Part shown: one piece after another, positions 1-7,500 of the stretch
How the letters are laid out: each line of letters begins with the position of its first letter
How positions within the stretch are numbered: the first letter of the stretch is position 1
NCBI GenBank assembly: GCA_016931135.1
Contig: JAFGFK010000116.1
Location: forward strand, 1 to 11,464
From: Candidatus Sumerlaeota bacterium
Lineage (GTDB): Bacteria; Sumerlaeota; Sumerlaeia; MWCT01
Reading direction: 5' to 3'
Length of the DNA stretch: 11,464 nt
The notes under the pieces: generated by a model
Seen by the model: the letters and a program-made list of their open reading frames with translations, nothing else
Told to the model about the DNA's origin: nothing
The model's database searches: none
Made by a program: the position numbers and the translations under genes

Positions 1-551
1 CATGGAACAAGGATATACTTATATACACACGTAAGGCTCTTTCCATTATTTCTCCCCGATTTGCAATAGTAAAGGGCAACGCGTTCGTTGCAGACGCTAT
101 CGCAACAGCAAAAATACTTAAAGATGGTGACCTTGCTTTCATTGATCCTCCATATTCGGGTGTTCAATACAGTCGTTTCTACCACGTACTTGAAACTATT
201 GCTAGAGGAGAGGCTATAGCTGTTTTTGGTACCGGAAGGTATCCTGATCGTGCATTGCGCCCACAATCCCGATTCAGTCTCAAGAGACATTCCCAAAAGG
301 AACTGTGGAATCTACTTAAAACAATTTCAGATAAGAAGATAAAAGCCATCCTTACTTTCCCCTCTCACGAATGCTCTAATGGGCTTTCTGGTACTATAAT
401 CCAGGAGATGGCTAAGGAGTTATTTGATGTAAAGGTCAATATTGTTGAAAGCAAATTCAGCACTCTTGGAGGAAATAATAAATCTGGAACTGGACGTGAA
501 GCAAAACGAATAACAAAAGAATTGATTCTAACATTATACCCTCGTTATTGA
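1..551 (+). CDS. N6-adenine DNA methyltransferase, Dam / D12 class (PF02086-like), 5'-truncated by the window edge; about the last 183 aa are present
   Basis: The reading frame is open from nt 3 to the TGA at 549-551. The listed 255..551 ORF is only its tail: the frame continues upstream with no stop. Catalytic motif IV, 'AFIDPPYS', is encoded at 135-158. The C-terminus 'FPSHECSNGLSG...ESKFSTLGGNNKSGTGREAKRITKELILTLY' aligns by eye with the E. coli Dam C-terminus ('ISNHDT...RRSISSNGGTRKKVDELLALY'). Upstream, 'FAIVKGNAFV...DGDLAFIDPPY' aligns with Dam 'FAEKAQNAFF...DASVVYCDPPY'. Confidence 0.75.
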   Translation, partial: WNKDILIYTRKALSIISPRFAIVKGNAFVADAIATAKILKDGDLAFIDPPYSGVQYSRFYHVLETIARGEAIAVFGTGRYPDRALRPQSRFSLKRHSQKELWNLLKTISDKKIKAILTFPSHECSNGLSGTIIQEMAKELFDVKVNIVESKFSTLGGNNKSGTGREAKRITKELILTLYPRY

Positions 552-618
552 TTCTATAGAATAAATTATTATTATTGTGAACAACGATTTGGGATTCTCA
601 AGTCTTTTTCCTCTCAAG

Positions 619-2418
619 TTATTGGGGAATGATTTGAGGGGAGATTTTAGCCAAAATTGATTCGAAGAAAAGATGGGGGAAGGATTTATTCGTATTCAAT
701 TTCCTTGCCATATCGAAGTAGATTTTCCTTTGTTCCGGATATGCCATTCCCAGGGCGATTAGAATGTATATCTTCTGGCGGGGCGCAAAAGTCAGGGAAC
801 AGATTTGCGTCGGATCAGGCGCCTTGATTCCTTCCAGGCAATCCGCAACCCGTCTCTCCTCCCAGATTTCTTTTCGGAGAATCTCACAAGCCTTGCCCAG
901 GTATTTCCGAGCGTCATCCTCCCTGTTCGCCTTTTTCATGGCTATATAAAGCAGGAGATAAATATTGCTGTGTTTTTCCTCCATTTTTTCCAGGGCGGCT
1001 TTCGCATCTTCCATATTTCCCCGCGTTATGGCAAGATCGAACGCTCTCTCGGGCGTGGGATTTTTATCGATCATGGCGCTCCATGTCTCCAGGTCGCCGG
1101 TTAAGTACGCCTTCTCGATATCATATATGGTTTGGACTTCCCTCCGTGCTTCTGATGGTATGAGATCATCATGCTTCACGAACCATCCGCCCAGGGCATT
1201 GTCCGCTTCCTTCACTTTTCCCTGGGTTATGAGTATAAACGATATGGATAAAATCACGGAGAGATCGTTGGGATTTTTCTTTAATTCGCCCTGATATTCT
1301 GATATCAAATCGTCATATTTCTTCGCTCCTGCGAGTATCTCGAAATAAAGGGCGCGATCTATCAGATCACACGGAAACGATTCCATCATCTTTCTCATGG
1401 TTGCAACGCTCATTTCAAATTGAGCGCTGTTCAGGTAATGCATCGCCATGGCGTAATAGCCCCTCTTTAAAGGTTTTGCGCCGCTGACGCTTTTTTGAAA
1501 CAATCCGACCGCTTCAATCTGATCCGTTACAACCCGCCCCAGAAGATACTGCAAAGCCGGATTTTCCGGATCCGCTTCCAGAAGACTCCGGTATTCCGGC
1601 TCCAGGTCGTATTGCGGCTCGTATTTTTCTTTGGCGTTCTGATACATTCTGTGCCATTCTACAAGGATGGGGCGATGACTTAATCCGGAGCTGGCCAGTT
1701 CAATATACGCCTTCCCTTCCATAGCCGTTAAAAGATACTGGAGATAACTGTCCGCATTTTCCGGATCACGCAAAAGATGCGTTTTCGCTTTTTCAATGGC
1801 GGATTCCTTCCCCATCTTCGCCTCGATCTGTTTCATCTGGATGAGGGGATGTACGCCTTCCGCCGCGGGCAGGCTTATCCTGGTTTTAGCGATGATTTTG
1901 TTATCTGGGAGCGAAACGCTCTCCGGATAAGGAATAAACGCATAATCTATTTTGGGAAGGACATAAAAATTTGAGTTGTTATAAAACTTATATTCAGTTG
2001 GCGGGGCGTCACCTGGTTTCTCCGCATAATATATCTTCTCCCACAGAAGCACAGCTGCTGTATCAGGATTCACGATAAAAAGCCTTTTGAGAAACATTCG
2101 TGTCAAAAAGGGCGTTTTGATGGTTATGGTTTGAGGCTTGATTTTCAGCTCTTCTTCCCTTATCGTGTATTCGAATCTCCCTTCTCCAACCTTGATGGCA
2201 TGATAATGGTTCGGTTGCAATGCGTATTCTTTTCCTTTTATGTTTATCTTGTATGGTTTGGAGAGCCCGTTGACAAAATAAACCACGCGGGACATTCCTA
2301 TGGAATATGAACCGTACATTAACAATCCAAGGATGAAGAGGATAATGGCGGGAGCGATAATTTTTGCAATCCCGCCTACTGTATCTTTACCTGTGATGGT
2401 TTGAGGAATCCCGATCAT
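619..2418 (-). CDS. Hypothetical single-pass membrane protein: N-terminal TM helix, beta-rich segment, then a long TPR-like alpha-helical repeat region
   Basis: 599-aa ORF. A hydrophobic helix 'IAKIIAPAIILFILGLLMY' sits near the N-terminus. The helical region contains repeated 'DPEN(A/P)..LQYLL' motifs ('LLRDPENADSYLQYLLTAMEGKAY', 'LLEADPENPALQYLLGRVVTDQ') and Ala/Tyr/Leu periodicity typical of TPR-like repeats. The start codon overlaps the stop of the upstream small ORF (TAATG). I recognise no specific family. Confidence 0.7.
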   Translation of the reverse strand: MIGIPQTITGKDTVGGIAKIIAPAIILFILGLLMYGSYSIGMSRVVYFVNGLSKPYKINIKGKEYALQPNHYHAIKVGEGRFEYTIREEELKIKPQTITIKTPFLTRMFLKRLFIVNPDTAAVLLWEKIYYAEKPGDAPPTEYKFYNNSNFYVLPKIDYAFIPYPESVSLPDNKIIAKTRISLPAAEGVHPLIQMKQIEAKMGKESAIEKAKTHLLRDPENADSYLQYLLTAMEGKAYIELASSGLSHRPILVEWHRMYQNAKEKYEPQYDLEPEYRSLLEADPENPALQYLLGRVVTDQIEAVGLFQKSVSGAKPLKRGYYAMAMHYLNSAQFEMSVATMRKMMESFPCDLIDRALYFEILAGAKKYDDLISEYQGELKKNPNDLSVILSISFILITQGKVKEADNALGGWFVKHDDLIPSEARREVQTIYDIEKAYLTGDLETWSAMIDKNPTPERAFDLAITRGNMEDAKAALEKMEEKHSNIYLLLYIAMKKANREDDARKYLGKACEILRKEIWEERRVADCLEGIKAPDPTQICSLTFAPRQKIYILIALGMAYPEQRKIYFDMARKLNTNKSFPHLFFESILAKISPQIIPQ

Positions 2419-2627
2419 TAATTGCCTGCTATGGATTTTCTTTCCGGAGGAAAGGTTCTTTTCCTTCCCAGGGGAATCAATGGGATAAAAAAGAATGTGA
2501 AATACAGCGTAGCGTCATAACTGCTCAAAAGCCCTTCTCGCATGCAATGGCTGCATTTCCCCTGATACTGGTGAATATTTCTCTTTCCGTAGCGCCACGT
2601 CCCGATTCCATTGATTCTGTATGGCAT
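2418..2627 (-). CDS. Small (69 aa) membrane protein with an N-terminal CxxC motif and a C-terminal TM helix; translationally coupled to the 599-aa TPR protein
   Basis: On the minus strand an SD-like 'AAGGGGGA' lies 6 nt upstream of the ATG (plus-strand 2625-2627). An in-frame stop lies 18 nt upstream of that ATG, so the ORF is bounded. 'GKCSHC' is followed by the hydrophobic 'LYFTFFFIPLIPL'. The stop overlaps the next start by 1 nt (TAATG at 2416-2420). Confidence 0.5.
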   Translation of the reverse strand: MPYRINGIGTWRYGKRNIHQYQGKCSHCMREGLLSSYDATLYFTFFFIPLIPLGRKRTFPPERKSIAGN

Positions 2628-2817
2628 TGGATTCCCCCTTTTATTTCATTCCACTGAGATTGAATTGCGTACCTGAAACGAAATCATCTCATAGCGAAAA
2701 TCTGAAGGAAAGATCAAGACATAAATTTCTCTTGCCGATCCATCATGAACAATGCTTGAGTTCTTTTCAATATTTGCCAAACTCCTGTATTTGATTGATA
2801 AGGCGCATGGATAATTC
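2628..2817. promoter_or_regulatory. Divergent intergenic region; presumed promoters for the minus-strand 69aa/599aa operon and the plus-strand flippase
   Basis: A 190-bp non-coding gap between divergently oriented start codons. I cannot confidently call a sigma-70-like -35/-10 pair. Confidence 0.3.
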
Positions 2818-4110
2818 ATGGGAATCGCTCGAAAAAGCCTGATCGATTATTTTTCCCAGAACGTCGGCATGGTCGTCACCTTTGTCGCCGGCATCCTTTT
2901 ATATAAATTCCTGGGACCTAAACTTGCCGGAGAATATAACCTTGTCCTTCTCGCCAATCTCTTGCTTGTCCTTTTTACTAACCTCGGGGTGGAAATTTCC
3001 ACTCGAGTGTTCACCGGCAAAGATCCGCAGAAAACCGCTCAAATCCATTCTGCATCCGCGCTCCTGATAATCGTCATTTCCCTGGTTGTCGCCATTGCCC
3101 TTTACTTTTCGCACGATGTTCTTCACCATTACTATTTTAACGATGTGAACAAAAAATATCTGCTCATTGCCGCGCTTCTCCTTCCCTTTTCTCTTTATCA
3201 GATCGTGTGGCAGGGGATCATGGTAGGGTTGGGAGAGATCGCGGTTTATTCCCGCGTTTACATGTGGAACCGGATCGCCCAGGGCGCAGTGGTCATCATA
3301 CTTATTGCATTTACATATCCAACTCTCCAAACGTTGATTTATGTCTGGGCGATACTTCAAGCCGCCACTTTTCTGGTTTCCTTCATCTATATGGTCTCGA
3401 AATACAGGCTGTTCGCCCCGTTTCCCCTGAGCCTGATCAATGATATGTTGAAATTCGGCTGGGTTGTGTTTTGGGGTAATTTCGCCTCGAATCTCATCTA
3501 TAAATATAATTTCCTGATCATATCCAACCTGCTTGGCGCTGAAGGAGTAGGGCTTTACAGCCGCGCCTCCACATTCTCCGATAAGATCACCCTGATTTCC
3601 GGTTCCCTCGAACGCGCCACTTATCAGCCCGCCTCTTCAGCGGATAAAGATTACGCCCCGTTTCTCATTCAAAAGGTCTTTCGATACAATCTTTATGTCA
3701 ATATCCTCGGCGCCCTGTTAATGTATATCCTGGGAAGCGCTTGCATACATATCTTTCTCGAGGAATATCTCGCCAGCCTTTTCCCGTTGATTTTCCTGTT
3801 ATTATCCGTTGTTTTCATGAGCTGCAGCCGTATTCTCGCCGTTTATTTCACGGCTCACCTGCAAAAACCATTGATACCCGGAATCATCAACTGGGCAATC
3901 CTCCCGATCAGTCTGGCTTTATGTTACATACTCACAAAGTATTGGGATTTGAAAGGCGCCGCAATCGCCATTGCCCTGATATATTTTCTCCACGCCCTCA
4001 TTTTTCTGATTGTCTTCATTATAAGAACGCCGGGATTGAAGATTCCTGATTTCTTTATATTTAAAATAGAAGATATAAGGAATATCAAGGGTCTTTTTTT
4101 AGGGGGTTGA
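2818..4110 (+). CDS. Wzx-like oligosaccharide/polysaccharide flippase (MOP superfamily, PST / Polysacc_synt family)
   Basis: 430-aa polytopic membrane protein with roughly 12 hydrophobic segments. The N-terminal 'LGPKLAGEYNLVLLANLLLVLFTNLGVEISTRVF' fits the PST-family signature ('lg.eeyGly.l...i......lgl'). The mid-protein 'LKFGWVVFWGNFASNLIYKYNFLIISNLLGAEGVGLYSRAS' is typical of Wzx-type flippases. Confidence 0.8.
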   Translation: MGIARKSLIDYFSQNVGMVVTFVAGILLYKFLGPKLAGEYNLVLLANLLLVLFTNLGVEISTRVFTGKDPQKTAQIHSASALLIIVISLVVAIALYFSHDVLHHYYFNDVNKKYLLIAALLLPFSLYQIVWQGIMVGLGEIAVYSRVYMWNRIAQGAVVIILIAFTYPTLQTLIYVWAILQAATFLVSFIYMVSKYRLFAPFPLSLINDMLKFGWVVFWGNFASNLIYKYNFLIISNLLGAEGVGLYSRASTFSDKITLISGSLERATYQPASSADKDYAPFLIQKVFRYNLYVNILGALLMYILGSACIHIFLEEYLASLFPLIFLLLSVVFMSCSRILAVYFTAHLQKPLIPGIINWAILPISLALCYILTKYWDLKGAAIAIALIYFLHALIFLIVFIIRTPGLKIPDFFIFKIEDIRNIKGLFLGG

Positions 4111-4497
4111 AACGTTTCAAATCAATCTTGCCGCCTTATCTTCTTTCCTCTTTAAACTTCTCTTCATCTCTCCTGTTAAATGATGTCAAAATTATTAATC
4201 TTTGATGCAAATGATTGTTAACTCATCAGCAAGTCTTTTATTTGTCTATATTATCACTGAACATAAAATATATATTATCAAAACTGAATGAAATAACAAA
4301 TATATTTTTATATGTGCATGAAAATTGCAGAGTGTTTTACTGTTTTATCTTCCCTTACAATGGGCTCTTTTTTATCGGAGTGTTTTCTTTTTAATAAATA
4401 GGGTAGGATTTAAATTTTATTATTTCTTTTAGAAGGGAGGGGAGAACTTTTTTTAATCACGCCAAATCAAAATAACGCTGAAAGGAGGGCCATGATA
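4111..4497 (+). promoter_or_regulatory. AT-rich leader/promoter region upstream of the giant secreted-protein gene; contains the GGAGG RBS at 4484-4488
   Basis: About 380 bp of strongly AT-rich non-coding sequence between two GC-richer genes. It contains a direct repeat TGATG(T)CAAA at about 4181-4190 and 4203-4211, a purine tract GGGAGGGGAG at 4435-4444, and the SD 'AAAGGAGGG' at 4481-4489. Confidence 0.35.
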
Positions 4498-4584
4498 ATG
4501 GCTTATGTCAATGCTATCAAGAAAAACGCTGTGCCATTTGGTTTTATCTTGTTTCTTTTCGCATTTTCTTTCTCAGCCATGGCA
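4498..4584 (+). other. Sec signal peptide of the giant protein (predicted cleavage after AMA)
   Basis: Basic n-region (KK), hydrophobic core 'VPFGFILFLFAFSF', and an AxA-type site 'SAMA' followed by QQ. Confidence 0.65.
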
Positions 4585-7500
4585 CAGCAATATCTGATGA
4601 CTGACTTCGAAGGATATTCTGTAGGTTCCGAGGTGATGTTCCAGGAACCCTGCTACAGCGGCTCTACAACAGGCGTCGATACGGCAACCGATATCGCCGG
4701 AGTCAGCGACGCCCAGGCGAATGATATCCTCGATCCCGCCGCCGGAAGTCCCGGCTCCTTATCCTATCGCATTTACTGGCAATGGCTTACCCCGGGAACC
4801 GGCTTCGTAAGAAGCACCACCATCAACACGCTCAATAAAAAGAATCCCATCATCGATCTTACCAAAGGTTTGTCCATTTACGTCAAAGTGACCCAGGGCG
4901 AAGTGGATATGTCCTACTGGATTCGAGAAACCGGCGTCAGCGGCAATATCGGAGACAGCGACGGGACAACCGGGGGAATCGAACGCTGCACAAACTGGGC
5001 GCGCCTCTCCGCTTCACCCCAGTGGCAATACGTCTTCTTCGATATCCCCAATGAATCCTACCTGGGACTTACCGGCAACAGCGTACTCGATGGTCAATGG
5101 GGTACCATAGAGGCGCTGACCTTCCAGGCGGTTTCAGGTTCCCCTGTCAATACTATCGAAGTTTTCATAGACGATCTGTATCAGGGTCCCGAGCAGAATC
5201 CTGCCATTGCCACTCCAACTCCCACGCCAACTCCCGTACTGGGAGAATGGCGCGCCTTCTGGGCAGACGCCTGGCACATCGGATTCCTGAACGCTTCCCA
5301 GGTTCAAACAATGGTTCAAACCGCTTATGAACACAACTATAACGCCATTGTCATGCAGGTGAGAAAACGCGGTGACGCCTATTATTTCCCAACCCTTCCC
5401 AATGCAGAGCCCAGGGCAACCAACATCGCCGATCCCGCCTTCGATCCCCTCCAGGAAACCATCAACCAGGCTCATGCCCTGGGAATAGAAGTCCATACCT
5501 GGATATGCGCCTATGTCGTTGGCTCCTCCGGCGGCTCCGCTGATCCCAATCATGTCATTAACAAACATCCGGAGTACCTTATGAAAAACAGCCTCGGGAA
5601 CACCCTCTTCGGAGAAGGATACTATCTCGATCCGGGCAATCCGGACGCCAACGCATGGAATTACAATGTCGTTATGGACCTCGTATCCAATTATGATATC
5701 GACGGGATGCATTTCGATTATATACGCTATCCTTCCGAAGACGCGGGTTACAATGATGTGGCAATTGCCCGTTATAATTCGGAATATGGACTCATCGGAC
5801 TTCCCGATTACAAAGACCCGCAATTCAAGGCATGGCGCAGAAGACAGATCACCGATTGGCTCCGCTCCACATACTCAGATATTATTGCGGTCAAACCTTA
5901 CATAAAGGTTGCCGCCTCGGTTTTCGCATCGGAATCGGACGCCGTTAACTACAGATTCCAGGATTGGCCCGCATGGATGGCGGAAGGAATCCTCGACGCC
6001 CTGTGCCCCATGAATTATTCATCGAGCAATACGACTTTCGAATCCAGGGCTCTCAACGCCAATTCCAAAAAAGGCGCACGATTCTGCTTCATGGGAAACG
6101 GCGCCTATCTCAATACCAAGGAAAATACCGTCGCTCAACTTTCTTACGCCCGTTCCATCGGTTGTGAAGGAGTTTTAACTTACAGCTATAATGTGACGAA
6201 CAACGCCGGCGACGCCAACGCCGTATTCTATGATTACATCCTTGCCAACCTGTTCCAGTATCCCGGCGTATGCCCCGACATGGCATGGAAAACATCTCCA
6301 ACAGGCGGTTACATTCGCGGTACGGTCATAAACGCCGATACGGGCGAGCCCCTCTATAACGCCGTCATCAACATTACGGAACTTGGACAATCGATCAAAA
6401 CCGATGGCGAGGGCAAATTTTCCTTTATTTACATTACACCTGGAATCTACACCCTGTCCGCTTCTCTCCCCCTTTATTTTAACGGTCAGAATGATAACAT
6501 CGGCGTATCAGCAGGCGCGGTGACAACCTGCAATTTCGCCCTTGTTCCTACCAACGAACCCACGCCCACTCCCACGCCTTCTCCCACGCCCACGCCCACG
6601 CCTTATCCGACTCCAGAACCAAACACCCAGAACCTCGTTGAAAATTTCGAAGGGCAGGTTCCCGGATCTATCGTCATGCTGAGAGAACCCGCATGGTCCG
6701 GCTCTACTTCAGGCGTCAACACTGCAACCGATGCAGCAGGCGTCAGCGCGGATCAGTCCAATGACAAACTCGATCCTGCCGTCGGTTCTCCCGGAGCCTT
6801 ATCTTATCGCCTTTATTGGGAATGGCTTGCCCCGGGAGCAGGCTCGGTACGCGATACAACCTATAACGCCCCGATCCGTCCCAATCCCAGACTCTATTTC
6901 GGCAAAGGTCTCTCCATTTATATCAAAGTGACTCAGGGCTCTGTTGACGTGTCCTACTGGCTCCGCGAAACAGGCGTTTCGGGAGAAATCGGCGGCAACG
7001 CCGGCGCCAGCGGTACGGTTGAGGAATGCGCCAGCTTCAAACGCGTCAACGCCTCTCCGGATTGGCAATACCTCTGGTGGGATATCCCCAATGAAACCTA
7101 TCGCGCCATCACAGGCAACGGACATATCGATCTCACATGGGGCGCCCTGGAATCCCTCGCCTTCAAAGCTGTTCCGGAAAGCCCCGCTACGATCATTGAA
7201 GTCTTTGTGGATGACATCTTCCAGGGGCCGGAACAAAATCCCATCATGCCAACCCCGACGCCTACTCCCACGCCCGATCCCAACGCCCAGGCTCTCGTGG
7301 ATAATTTCGAAACGGCTTCTCTCGGAACAATCTACATGTTCCGCGAACCGGCATGGTCCGGCTCCACTAAAGGCGTCAATACCGCAACCGATAAGGCTTT
7401 TGTCAGCAACCTCGAAGCGAATGATATCCTGGATCCCAACGTCGGAATCTTCGGCGTGAAATCCTACAGGTTCTTCTGGCAATGGCTTGTTCCTGGAACT

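Noticed and set aside
255-551. Stand-alone 98-aa ORF as listed in the ORF track
   Set aside because: Its frame is open all the way to nt 3 and encodes a DPPY motif upstream at 135-158. It is the C-terminal part of a longer methyltransferase gene, not an independent small gene with a TTG start.
552-618. Terminator between the convergent methyltransferase and TPR genes
   Set aside because: There is only a 10-bp perfect palindrome TTCTATAGAA and an (ATT)4 microsatellite. No GC-rich stem followed by a T tract is present, so no terminator call.
764-1974. Plus-strand ORFs overlapping the minus-strand 599-aa gene (764..949, 805..1104, 965..1294, 1495..1683, 1777..1974)
   Set aside because: They are nested shadow frames. 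The minus-strand ORF is continuous for 599 codons with TM and TPR-like features.
2899-3360. 153-aa minus-strand ORF and 61-aa plus-strand ORF inside the flippase gene
   Set aside because: They overlap a 430-aa polytopic membrane protein CDS with clear PST-family motifs and are alternative-frame artefacts.
4111-4497. c-di-GMP (GEMM) or other riboswitch in the long leader of the secreted-protein gene
   Set aside because: I could not find the conserved GEMM elements (e.g. a GGCAAACC / CGCAAAGC-type core with paired P1/P2 hairpins). The region is simply AT-rich with few stable helices. This remains open to an Infernal scan.
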